Assembly (NCBI GenBank): GCA_051362555.1
Contig: CM120648.1
Location: forward strand, 6,506,587-6,570,586
DNA length: 64,000 nucleotides
DNA from: Lingula anatina
Lineage: Eukaryota; Animalia; Brachiopoda
Reading direction: 5' to 3'
The position numbers and the translations under genes were made by a program. Positions 1 to 12,920 of this stretch are shown here, in pieces; the stretch's first letter is position 1, and every line of letters starts with the position of its first letter. The notes below the pieces were generated by a model. It worked only from the letters and a program-made list of their open reading frames with translations. It was not told where the DNA came from and made no database searches.

Positions 1-2
1 AA

Positions 3-3000
3 AGCAACGAATCCGAACTCTCGGGACATTCAGCGTGGACGATAAGTTCTCTGGACTCTGCGGGCAGTGATAACAGTGGTAGCCTTCGTAACGGAACTCA
101 AGACAAGCCAGACTCAGAAGTTGATGGTCTAGACGAGTTTGATGATTTTAAACTGCCAGATTTGGGTCTTTCAGTAAGAGACGCTTTTTCTTTTATGATC
201 CATGTTATTAGATATTCAATAACATACCTTATATAAAGGTGTTGTCAAAACAAATTTTAGATTTGTTAGCATAAAGACTAATCTAGACCACAAAGTTAAC
301 CAAAAGGAGTTTCCAGACATAATTTTGTTTTTTTCCCCTTCCAGATGGACCTTGATTTTGGGCCATCTTTCATGGATGAAATGATGAAAGCTCTAAGTGA
401 GAAAACAACAGATGATTTCACAGTGGAAAAGAAGGAAGAGAAAAGGGAAGACACACAACAGGCAGAGACACAGGAGTTCAAAGAAAACACTCCAGGTAGA
501 ATATGTGCAAATTTGGGTGAAATAACTCCCATTTTAGATTTGTACTCCATGATGTATGGGCCATGCTTTTAGATGGATATAAGCATTTCTTGTAAAAAAG
601 GATTTTAAACCATGATATGTAACACATATTTTACAGGACACCCGTTTCATTTGGATGTAAGACTTTATTTAATCAGCATAAATATCTTTTATGTCATTAG
701 CTAAGGCAAGTTAATTCAGACTTTTTAATAATAAGGACCATTTTCACCTCTTCAGTTTCAGACACCCCCAGCAGAGAGAGCTCTTCAGAAAAGGAGATCA
801 GATACTCGTGGGGTTCCCAAGAGGAGCTGCTCAGTAGCTCCAGTGATGAACTCAAACACAAAGATGACAGCGACAAGAAACATGGAGGACAGAAGAGGAG
901 GAGCAAATTAAAATTGGTACGATACCTCAGCCCATCATCTGACGAGGATTATTGTGCTGCTGATTGAAAACCCACAACAAAATCAGTCTGGCCTTATTTC
1001 AAAAATTAAGCTGTTCCTTTTCATTCCGTATAAAAAATATAAGAATATTTTCATCCCAGTCTGCTTGAGTGCTTCATCCACCAACAGTGTCACATATTGT
1101 GTAACATTTTCCTTTGCTTAAAATAAACCTTGAGGTGTTACAGGTTTTTTCATGTGTATCCGTAACCCTGGTATTTATTCATATTTCCAACTTTTGAAAC
1201 TTTCATGTTCACTTACTTGTACCAATTGTGTAAAGATGATATACATTTGCTTGGTATATTCAAATCCTTATGAAAACCAAATTTTATGAAGCAGTAAAAT
1301 GAGAAAGTTTCAGAAGTCTGACCTATTTATATTTATATTTATCTGGTTGACCTGTCCCTTTCACCAAAGCTGACCTTATGTCTCCCCACTTTCTTTCAGA
1401 CTCCTTTCAAAGAGGACAAAGACAAGTCAGAGAGCAGGAGCAAAGAGAGACATTCGTATGTGAAGCAGCTCTCTGCGTCTGACGAGAAGCAACTGGAAAC
1501 GGCAATTGCCATGGCGAATCAAATTGCCCAGGAACAGTTGACACCAAAATCGCCCAAAAGTACTGATGAAGACGATGGAAACGACACTCCATCGAGAAAG
1601 TCAAAGTTCAGTTTTAAGTTCCCAGTAAAGAAGACCAGTCCACAGCCTGAGAAAAGGACATTTTCAGACGAGTTAGCGCGGAGTGCTGACGCAAATGAGG
1701 ACATACCTCCAGAAGCACAAGAGGCTTATAATATGCTAGTGGTTCGTGGGTCCGTGAAAGAGAAATGGGAACCCCCAAAGAGGGAGTCGGAATGGGAGCC
1801 AAAAAAGAAAGAAGAGGAAGAGGATGAAGAAGAAGATGAACGTTCAGACAGACCCGAGGTGTACAGGGGATCGTCGAGTGCGATACAGTCTCGACCATCT
1901 CACTCACGACAGCAGCGGTTACAACGCTCTCAGGAGCATCAGCGCAGAACTTCAGAGTCTGGTGAGTCTGGCATCGCGGCTGCTAATCGTAACCTCAAAG
2001 ACCCTCAGGGTATCCCAGCACGAGACACCTCAAGCAAAGATGAAGAAAGTGTGAATCCACTGAGGATGTTGAGAGCCGGAGGAGGTGGTTTTGTGGTTCC
2101 GCCAAGATCCAGTGGACGACGTCAGATGGTTGGCCGGGGTGGAAATACTGACTCTGAGGCGCCTCGACCTGTCCCGCGTCCACGCTATGCAGCACGTCTC
2201 AATGCTGATAAGAAGGAAGAGAGTAATAGTGCTGAGAGTTTGGGCAGCGGAGGAAGTGGAAGCAGTGGAGGACGCACCTCCGTTCAGAAACCAAGTTACT
2301 TTCGTAAATTCCAAGAATTTGACGATGCTTTAAAGGGAAACTCTTCCGAGAGTGATTCCAAGGAATCTATAGATAAAGTAGGCACTGAGGGACGGGAGAG
2401 TCCTGACATTTCAAACCCTCTGCCTCTGCCACCAAGAAAACCTTTAAGGCCCTCAACATTGAACCAGAAGCCAAGGGAGAGAAAGTACCCTTTGGAAAAT
2501 GAAGGAGAATCGAGAGAAAGGCGCTCGCACCTGCCACAGCCCCCACCAGTTCCTCGGAGCAATGGGGCATTTGATCGTGAAGATGAGGTATTTAGTTCTG
2601 ACCAATCAGATCGCAGTGCGTCCCCGGGGACGTTAGTTAGCAAAGCACACATAGCCATGAGGACTGTCCATTGTAACAATGACGAAATTGGACTTAATAA
2701 TAATCTTGATCCCTTCTGGAGGGAGGAAGTGAACTTTGAGCGCCTTCCCCAGGGCGAGATTAAATACAAAACTTCGGACAATGTTAGTTATGAGGACTTA
2801 ATGGAATTTGCCTTGGATACCGGAGAATCTGGGTGAGTACACAGCAGGCTTCTTTAAGTTCATTTTCTCTGTGTGACAGGGCTGTTCACACACAGGCTAC
2901 AATATATGTACATCACTTTTGAACCAGTGTGGGCAGTACCGTGCCTAATACCTCCAGATTGCACCTGAATTGTTGGTTGCACTCTGTCATGCTTGGTCCA

Positions 3001-4234
3001 AAGCTTGTTGTCAAGCAGTCCACTCTTTTTGTCAGGGACATGACAGAAAGCAATCAGCACCTTGAGCATTATTCAAATATAAGGCCAACATCTGAGTGGT
3101 CCAGAACTGATGTACATCATGCCTTGTGTATGTGAATCTGCCCAAATTCTCTCTTCTCTTGCTAATTGGGGCTAGGTGAGCCTATGGTCAGTCGGTCAGT
3201 CAGTCAAGGATTTGAGGTGGTCAAAGCGGAGCTGGTAATACAGTGTCCATATGGTCCTTTTTTTGGAGATGAGCAGTAGCAAGTTGCCAACCAAAACTTG
3301 TCTCAAGACATCAAAGCTAGGCTATGGACAGGCAGTTGATTAAAATTTGCCTTTAAAATCATTACTTGAAATGCAGTCTCTCCAATACAGGGATACATGT
3401 AAAATATTCATGTTACTTGTGTATGACTTTGTAAGAAGTAAGAAGTTCAGCTTTTACTTAATTTTACAACAGTGGACAATTTTATAAATCTTCCTCATTC
3501 CCTGTATATGATTTTGAAATTTATTTCCAAAATGCACCCAGTTTCTGCCATCATATATTTTGATCATCCTTGCAGTAATTTCACTCACCCCCCCCCCCCC
3601 TTTCCTCATTGCTTTAAAATGGTATCTTATCAATGATTTTGTTCATCCTGAAGATGAGGCTTGTCTTGCATTTGGCCCCCCCCCCACCCCCTTTACACAG
3701 TGCAAGAGATTTGGGAATTTATTTCAGAGAAAATTGCTGCTGTGTAGTTATCAAGATTTTCTAATATCCTCACATATATAGCCAGATGATTCCCTCCTGT
3801 GTAGGTCAAATTTTACACCACTGCTCATATTTTGTTTGTATAACAAGTGATCATTTAATTTATCATTTGCTGTCCAGAAAGTTTAAAGACAAATTCAAAG
3901 CTCAAGCTGTTTTTATTTATTTATTATTATTATTATTATTTTTTTTTTTTTTGATGGCTAAGGTTTGTTATCAGAAACAGATGAATTTCCTATTTGAGCA
4001 GTGTTGTAAAATTTCATTTTTAGGAAAACTTGTGTAAATCAACCCCTTTCAAGCCCCCGTTCACAGCTTTCTTTTATTTCATTTCCTCACATGCAGCAAA
4101 AATTATAGGACAAAAGTGCCTGTCTGGTAAGTCCAGAATAGATATTGTAGAAATTGTTGTGGTTTTGTTGTATATTTCTGGCATCACTCCAAACAACCTT
4201 GGGCTAAAATTGTGAAACTTGAAAAAGGTTACAG

Positions 4235-4265
<31 letters not shown>

Positions 4266-5112
4266 ATTTATTTATTTATTTTATTTTTTTTTTTGTGAGT
4301 GATCATCTTGACCACATATGTAGTAAATCATGGTTAAAAGATACTGGAGTGAAGCCAGATAATGTGTTATATGCATGTTTATATATATATATATATATGA
4401 ATTGCATGAAGATCATGTGACCTTAGAGCAAGGTCATGTGATGATCATGTGATTTACTAAGACGTATTGGTTTAGTGATGATGCATATAGTCAGTATTAG
4501 AGATTTAATGGACATGATTGATTCCAGGAAACCGTGTAGAGAGGTGGAAGCTATGCAGAAAATTCTTGGAAAGCAGGTGAGAAACTCTCTCTCTCTCTTT
4601 CTCTCACCACCACCACACCTTTCTTTTATAACGCTTACTTGAAATTCATGATATTTCCTTAATGAATTCAGTTTTTTAATGTATTCATAGTTGCCAGCAC
4701 TTGAAAATTGAAATTTAGGGCAGTAGGGAAGGGTGGATACTGACTTAATACCAGTCAAATTACCATTACTCAGTGAATACTTGTAGTGTTTTATTTTTAA
4801 CTCCTAAACATCAATGCCTACACATAAGAAGAACAGACTTTCCTGTTAATTGTCACATGTGTTTACTGACCATGTTGTTTTCCTTTTTTAATCCAGATAG
4901 CTATCAGCGACTGTCGCCAGGCTTTGGATAGCACCCAATGGGACGTCCCCACCGCCATTAAGTACATCAAGCTGAAGATGTTACTGAGCACACAGCTGGG
5001 AGATGTGGCCAGGTGTAAGGAGGCTCTGAGGAACTGTTCCTGGAATGTGGAGCAGGCAGCTAATTACCTGCTGTCCAATCCTGACTACAGCCCTGAGTGT
5101 GTGGATGTGTGA
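3..5112 (+). CDS. Ack-like: 3' part of an Ack/TNK2-family (Ack-like/PR2/SID-3 type) tyrosine kinase gene; kinase domain lies upstream of the window. Exons <3..173, 345..495, 756(or 762)..916, 1400..2832, 4528..4576, 4897..5112
   Basis: All introns are GT..AG with compatible phases (0,1,0,2,0). There is a long Ser/Pro/charged linker with PPLPPR/PPPVP motifs. The last exons encode EVEAMQKILGKQIAISDCRQALDSTQWDVPTAIKYIKLKMLL...CKEALRNCSWNVEQAANYLL, which matches the two-repeat UBA-like C-terminus of ACK1/TNK2-family kinases. Confidence 0.8.
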
Positions 5113-6641
5113 TTGTGTTGTCACAACCGGGGATTGTCACACCTACTGCAATCACAGTATATTGGAATGTTGTGGATTGTACGGCATTGCCAACTTGACA
5201 GTTCTCAGAAGGCATAGATTAATTGTTTTACGTCTTATTAACAGTGGAATGGTGTCTGCAAACAATGGGAATCTGACCTAAAGAATATGCTTGATTGTGA
5301 CAAGTTGGCAGTTGTTAATGTGTTGTCACGACTGAATGTGTCACACCTAACGCAATGATGAAAAAAACTAGGACTGCATCGATTGTGATTGTGTTGACAC
5401 AACCACATTTTCACACCTAACACATCTGGTAATACAAGTAGAAGGACAGATAACTTGATTGTGATTCTGCTGCCAGGATATCTAATAGAACTTCGCCTGA
5501 CTGCACAGCACACTGTATAGCTGTGTGCCTGATTGTGCTAACACAACCAAACTATCACACCTAACGCAATGTGTGTGATATTGAATTTTTACCAGGAAAT
5601 AATTGCACTGTTGAGGTCATGAGACTGACCTTGAGGTTATATTCCTGAGAGTTGAACTCTCCAGATTGTGGTGTGATTGTTCAAAAGAGAGGTCTGGACC
5701 TTTTATTCTGAGGGATATGAAATATCTGCCAAAATTGGAGGAAATGTGTATCAGTGAGAGTTCTGGTCATAATACAAAACTGCATCTTGACTATATGGTC
5801 TACATTCAACCTGACGTATAGATATTGTACATGTACAAGGATTTTCCTCATTATGTAATGCAGTCTACTCGCTGCTCAAGTTTGTAAAAATTGTATCATG
5901 TTGTAACGTAGAGGCTTTTTGCTTGGATGTATTATTAATAACAGCTTTTAGTAAAGAGTCTTAAAAAGAATACTGCCATGGAATAGTCAGATGTTTTGTG
6001 TATGAAATGAGTGATGGAAAACTATGCACTTCAATGCTGCTCTTGAAATATGCTGCAATTGATGTATGCCACTTTGCTAAATAGTGTCATGTCAAGTACA
6101 TTTCTATTACTCAGAGTCTGATATTTGTTATGGAAAGCATCTGGTTTATTTGAATATATGAAATATGTCATGTTTAGCATGATTGATCTGGACGTGGCAA
6201 CAGTAAAGAAGTGATATATAATTGGATAAGTACAAACATGCTAAACCTTGTCTAATGAACCATCTAACAAGATACATTAGCTTCTGAAACATGTTTTTTT
6301 TTTATTCATGGAATAAATTGTCTGAAAGCAAGACTTAGGCCCTTTTTAAATTGCGTGGTGCACTTTTCTGTTTAATTCCATTCTGAGAAATAGACAACCT
6401 AACTAATATGTTAGGAAGTGGTCTTAACCGAGACCCTGCTCTCAACTGGGCCTGTGGACCTGAAAGCTAGACTTGCTCATTTCTGCTGTAGTAATCTTGC
6501 CTTTAGCATCCATTAGAGAAATGGGTTAGTAATAGGTAAATTGTTTGGCAGAATGTCAGATGGGTTGACTCTGGTGATCCATCAGTAGTCAGAAAGCAAG
6601 ATTGCGTTGGCACAATCACAGGTGTCACACCTAATGCAATT
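5111..6641 (+). repeat. Five direct copies of a ~40-nt motif (consensus ATTGYGTTGNCACAAYC-N5/6-TGTCACACCTAAYGCAAT) at ~5111, 5318, 5387, 5531 and 6600
   Basis: Copies read directly from the sequence; the motif ends are mutually complementary (ATTGCGTT...AAYGCAAT). Confidence 0.75.
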
Positions 6642-7728
6642 ACGAGTTGAGAAACTACAAATTACAATGGACAAAAAAATTGCAGCAGTCATAGACATAT
6701 CCAATTGTCTGGAAATAAAAGTTGCCATCATTTTACACTTGAAGTGATTCAAGCTAGCTGAGTAATGGATAGTTGTATGTCTTCAAGATTGTCATGCAGG
6801 AGCTTTTTCGTGTTTTATGATGTCTTGAAGACCTTGGATGCCTTGGTTTTGTCAACAACACAACTGATTTGGAGAAATTCCAGAAAATGTCTCTGTTGCA
6901 CTGATGTCATGTATGAAAGGAGAAAATTGAGAAGACGCCCCCTAGTATTTTGTCAGTTCCATAAAGCCATCACACCTGACTGCCTCCGAACTGCTTTCAC
7001 TGCTAACAACCTGTGAAGGCAGTCACATGAATAGAAATGTCAAGTTAGCTGTATAATATCAGTACAATATGGAAGATGAGAGCCCAGTGAGATTGCTTGT
7101 TATTTTTGGCTATTTATAGGTTACAGACAGCAGTGTCACATTAGTAGATCTTCAGGTCATAAGATTTTCATGATTGCTTTTTTTTTAATCTATAAAAGTA
7201 AACTTTTTCTGATTGATGACTTATAAAAGCACAAGCTATATTCTATAGAAAACAACCTCTTTGAAAACAACATGGCTAAGTGAAAAAAACATTTTCCCAG
7301 TATATCCCTAGTTAACAACATAAGGAACGACTCTTGTTATAATTGTTTTACAGCACAGACAAATAGAACTGTTTACCATTTCAAAAAGAGTTTTAGATTT
7401 GTGGAAAATATTCACAAAGTTGAAAAATCTAATTTATTTCAATATATTTTATTCAAGATGAACATTCTAAGATGCTCCCCAGATTATACTTTCTGAGTTG
7501 AGCCCAATCAGTTGCCTGAAACTTCAGAATCATTCACAAAGTCTTGCTTTTCTCAAAGGAATTTGATGTTGATAAAATGGTGGCCTAAGTTCTCTGTCTG
7601 AACTGTCAGTTCACAATGATACTGCAGTTCTGATAAGAGGATGAGATGACTTCCAGTAGATTAAATAGTGGAAGCTTTCTCAGACATGCTATTTTGCCTC
7701 ATTAAAAAATGGACCCCCCCCATTTTTT

Positions 7729-7760
<32 letters not shown>

Positions 7761-9695
7761 GCTGATTTTGGCAGCCCCCAGAACCTCAGTTGTAAGGTCA
7801 TCAAACCATTTCTTCCCACTTATCTTACTACCCAAAGTCATGTACGTTCTCTGACAGTTCTCAAATTTTTTTTTGGGGGGGGGGGGGGGGGGGGGGGACA
7901 GGGGAATGTTCAAATTTGATGAATTGACCACTGTGTTCCATTTTTTCTGCAGCAATTTTGTAAAGGCATGGAATCCTGAGCATGCATAGCATTTTTGGTA
8001 AGTCCAATTACAGGTTTTTTGATGATTTAGTTGCGGCTTTATCTTCTGATAATAAAACACACTCATTTTTTTCATCCACTTATGATCTTTTTATATCATC
8101 TGTCACATGTTCAATCTCCTAAAATCACCACCACATCCTGTTTTTCTCGATCATGAAATTAGATATTGGATATTGTCTCTCCTAATCCCACAAGGTAGTT
8201 TGCCTTTTCATTTTTCATTTCTAGTATTTCTTATATATAAAAAACAGCAACTATTTGTCTGATGAGCCTTCTCACTGTAAATCTAGAATTTCCCAAGATT
8301 AGCTGCCCTTGATGGAATTTTAATCTGTCACTTTGATTAAAGTGCTCTCTGGGCTGTAGAATTGGAGATTGATAACATTTTAATTGGTTTTTTCTTGCCC
8401 AATTTTTTAAACTTTAGATTAAAATGGATTTAATGTCATGTGCAGCCTGGAATGATGGTTCACTGTGAGAGCTGATTGCTTGAATTTTCTTCCTTTTTTT
8501 TTCTGATCAAATTACTAGACATAAATGAACTGCAGGGATGTTATTAAGTGGTATGCTCAGGATCAAGAAGCTTTATGGGAGATAAGAAATTGCAGGTTGT
8601 ATAAAATTTTTCTTATACCCAGTCCTTCAGCCGGGGATGTAAGTACCCAAGGGGGAGGGGGGAGGGTCAGTAGCCAAAAAAGAAGCTATAAAGCTAACTT
8701 GTGAGCAAACCCATTAATGCTGTATGCAGAAGCTTTCTCCAATTTCCTGACAACACAGAAATCCAGCTGCTGCTCCTGATGTTGCTGAATAAAACATGAA
8801 GTCCTTGCAATGCCTCTGGAAATAGGTCTTTCATCTTCTTATTGGTATTACAGAACCCTTGTTATTGGTATTATAGAACACTTGTTTATTTTCCACCTGC
8901 TATTATTTCGGCTTCTACACTGTAGGCACACTTTCTTGTGGGTGATTTAATCTCGGATGATGGTGATTATCACCAGTAAGACTGAACAAGATGGACATGT
9001 AAGATAATTACAGGCACTTGTCTTGTAAATGCAATTAAAACTTTGACCTTTATGTGACCTTGACAAGAATTAGCATTGATGTATTTATACAGATGGAAGA
9101 TGACTTTTTCTGTCAGTAAAAAGTGAAAAAGATGGTCAGGGAGTAGGCTATTTGTTAAGTGAAAGGTAAAAAGGTGTCAGTCAATTAAGAATATTGAGAA
9201 TATCAGAATGGCAAAGTTAGAATGTGTGATTAAGAAAGGATAAGTGGATAGGCCAAACCTGTTATTTTCACGCACTGTCTTTGATTGGGAAGAACATGGT
9301 TATAATTGGGTTGAAATAAAGAGAGTTTGGAAAAAATACTACAATTAGCTTCTATTTTAGGATAGACCTGGTGATACAATGTCAGCCTCAATTATTTTGC
9401 AAGGTGATATATATCTGTTACTGGTGGTTCTGTTGATTTGCTATTGGGGTGGTGTAGGAAGGTAAGCCATGGTTTTTATGATTAATTCAGCTGCCTGTAA
9501 AGGTTTTTTTTTTTTAATAATGGTAACAGTAATTGGGGCTCCTTCCCACTGAAAGCATCAGTCTACCTAGATCAACCCAACTCTGCAGAGACTCTTGTTG
9601 AATGCAATCAGTTTAACAGACAAAGAGTAAAAAACAGCAAAGTTGATGATTATACAAGTATGTTGGAAATGAGGAGGCGTGTTGACCTTTTAAAT

Positions 9696-10012
9696 CAGGC
9701 CTACCCAACTACCAGACTCGGCACCGAATGATCCTGAATTCACCGGTAAATCGGACCACACTACCCGTTTTCAAGGTGTGTATCAGTACGCATTACACAG
9801 TATCAGACGCGACACCGCTCTTGCCTAGTAGGCGATGTGATAGTGACGATTCTCAGCGGGGTTGAAAGCTATTGCATCACCACTCAAAATTTGTTAAGGG
9901 TATGATACTGTGTAATGCGTGCTGACTCACACCTTGAAAACAGGTAGTGTGGTCTGATCTACCGGTGAATTCAGGATCATTCGGTGCCGAGTCTGGTAGT
10001 TGGGTAGGCCTG
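9696..10012. mobile_element. Foldback MITE with ~110-bp inverted arms, CAGG...CCTG termini and 5-bp TSD TAAAT
   Basis: Arms 9696..9805 and 9903..10012 are near-perfect reverse complements; TAAAT occurs at 9691-9695 and 10013-10017. Confidence 0.9.
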
Positions 10013-10354
10013 TAAATGGATTGCATCCAACGAAAGACCCTGCAAAGTTGGATTGAGCTTCAGAGACTGATAGTTTCAGTGTGAATGAACCCTTAGACGC
10101 CCTAGGAAATGATAGATGTTCTGTGGGCAGGCCTGTCAAAGGAAATGTGAAAGCCAATAATTTGAGGGCGTTTAGAAATAGAAACATTGAATGATAGATA
10201 AATAATATCTTTTCTTAATGTGACATTTCCTCAAAGGGCACAGCCAATAAATACTACAGTTGAAAAAGTTCAAAAAGGTACACTAGTCACAATACGCATA
10301 TATGTCACACAGATAGGGACAAGGACAGTCTAATAATTCATAGCAGTACCAACG

Positions 10355-10537
10355 CAGGCCAGTAGACAAGGTTGGTGGGGGGGGGGGGGGGGGGGGGGAG
10401 GTCCAAGAACTGCCTTTTTTGCTAGAAAATGGTCCACTCTAAAAAAAATTGATCTAGGTGCAGAAAGGTGTCATGGTAAAAGGTCTTTTTTTCCAGAAAA
10501 AGGAACATCCCCTTTGAAATGGCTGGCTATGGGCCAG
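10355..10537. mobile_element. Degenerate MITE of the CAGGCCCGTAGCCAG family, with copies also at 20457..20641 and 49220..49384
   Basis: Termini caggccagtagac...ggctatgggccag, a G-run, and internal aaaaggtcc/ttttccagaaaaagg sequence shared with the other copies. Confidence 0.6.
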
Positions 10538-12691
10538 AAAGATAGTTTCATTGTTTCTGTTTTATGAAGAGTTGGAGATAATTTGTCAGTCCATTTTTCT
10601 TCTTGTCAATGTGGGCGATGGTAAAAAAGTTCACTTGTGATAAAAAATGATAGCATTGAATGGTTCATCCCTTGGCTTTTGTCAAACCTTTTACATTAAC
10701 TCCCAACCTCATTGTTCAAATTGTCTCTTTGGATGATGTTGTGTTATGTTGAAAAACCACACACAGCTGGTTTCCTCTTGAGAGTTTGTTAGTTATTTCA
10801 ATATTAGTCGAAAATGTTAGAAAATTGATCTTCCTGCAGAGATGATGCAATGGTTAATATTCCACTATGACAAAATTTGTAGGAATTGCTGTGCTTGATA
10901 TGGTTTGGTAATTTATCTCCATCTTAGGACAAGATCATTTTGATATAAAACAAATATTTAACAAAATATGATATTTTAGGCATTAATGAAATATTTACTT
11001 CTAAAATTCCAAATTGATCATTGTTACAGTGAAAAAAATTATTTGTAATAAGTTGACTAGTGATAACACCGTTTGTTTAGCTGGACCAGTTTAGCCAAGC
11101 CAACAATGATAAATTGCTTGTTGTTGCAGTCTACACTAGTCTATGAGCCAAAGGCCAAAAAATCCAATTTGGCTGCACCACCCATTAGGCAAAGTTTTTA
11201 TGATTGATTCGTGTGGTTTAGAACCTGAATTTTTCATTTCTTCTTGTTTCCGACTTGAAAAAGTGTATTTTTGTACCAGAAACCAAGATGGCTGCCAATA
11301 TATTCATTTGTCGTATGTAAATACAAAAATTGATTTTAAAGTTACTTAACAATTAAATATGCACAGGTTTATTTGATGCAAAATATATGGAAATATGATA
11401 TCATATATGGAAATAAGCTATCATTACATGGAAATAGGATAAATACATTAGGAAAATGAGATTTTATATTGACTTCATTATACTTATTGAGTATGTGTAT
11501 TGGTCAGGAGAAAATGTTTCTCTCTTAGTTGGCTGATTAACATCTGTGTGTGATACGTAAAATGAGATCCTTTTCCAGAATTGAAATCAGTAACATTAGC
11601 TTCATCTGTAACTTCATACCCTGTTGAAAGGAAAATTTTACCAATATGTAGGCTCGAAGGGAATGTCAAATGAGATGGTGTAAAGCCTCACTGGGGTCTT
11701 TGGATTAGCATTGAATTAACAGGAGTTCAGTTTCTAAGTAATTGGGCCACTAGGGAATGTTTTGCTGTAATTTACTTCCTGTTAAAATCATCATTAATTT
11801 TTATCACGAATGTGCCGAATGGTGATGCCGTCATCATGGTAGAGCTGGAAACAGAACAGTGGTTTATCTATAACGAAGGGTGCTATAATTCAATTGTAAC
11901 ATTTTCCTCGTCTTTTCTTAAAACTAGCTTCCTTGTTTGATCATTTTTGTACCTTTGCACTTGGTAGGTTTTCTGAGTTTTCTAAGGTTGCACTTTCATT
12001 ATTTCTTTTTAGCAAGTCCTTTTGAACACTTTGGAAATATGAAAGCAGTTGTCAATAATACCTGACTAAAGGCCTTAATGTATATTCTTGTCATGTTATC
12101 TGAAACCCATACGGTGGTTTTGAAGATACGTAGTTCTAGGCTGAAAGTTTGTTTTGTGAAAGTGTTACATGATGCTTATGGAGTATGTGAGGACTTCTGT
12201 CAGTATTGGCAGAGATTAAAGGATTAGAAACGGGTAATAAGAGAAGCTAAGCCGACCCATAATAGGGACAAGATTTTTCTGACTATGGGCAGATTTACGA
12301 CTTTTTGGGAACCAAAAATAGTCATTGGCCTAGGCGATCCCCTGGACCCTATGTTATATTTTCAAACTTTTTCACAAAATGGTAGACTCATCTCTGCCAT
12401 AACCAGGGAGTGCTGGGAGAGAGGAAAAAACATCCATTTAGCTGGAAAAGGTCTGTTCTTTGTCAAACTTTGATAAGGATTCTGTGCCATTTTCCAAGTT
12501 GGATGACAAAAAAAAAAGGGATAAAGAGGCTCACAATTTGAGCAAATTGTCTCCCTTTTATTGCTGCTGTGCACCTGATTTTTACGCTAAAATTCATGAT
12601 ATTCCATTGCATTGATATGGTGGTAACATAAGATTGCAAAATGCTAATCTGCTGTGTGTGGTGCCATTGTCTTCTCTTTTGTTGCAGTCAT

Positions 12692-12920
12692 GGTGTCTCT
12701 CCAGATCAGATCTTCCAAGGGGATTCTCGCTAAATTGCATTCAACTGAAGTGGTTTAGATGTCTGTCACGCTTACTGAAGCTGCGAGGGGGATAATTAAT
12801 TATAGTTTAGCAGCTTCAGTAGGCCGCTTAAGCTGAAGCCGCTTAAGCTGAAAGCAATTTAGCGAGAAACCCCTCAGAGATGGTTCGATCCTGTTAGATG
12901 GATGTAGGTATGGGCACCCT
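12692..12920. mobile_element. Palindromic MITE of the GATCGATCTA...GCAATTTAGC family (older, diverged copy)
   Basis: Inverted ggggattctcgctaaattgc / gcaatttagcgagaaacccc; central ggggataattaatt is shared with the copies at 14605 and 50998. Confidence 0.6.

Noticed and set aside
2296-2781. 161-aa antisense ORF and other ORFs overlapping real exons
   Set aside because: They are shadows of the coding strand with no recognisable motifs.
5111-6641. CRISPR-like array of palindromic repeats with unique spacers
   Set aside because: Spacing is irregular (about 70 to 1070 nt), repeats are degenerate, there are no cas genes and the context is eukaryotic.
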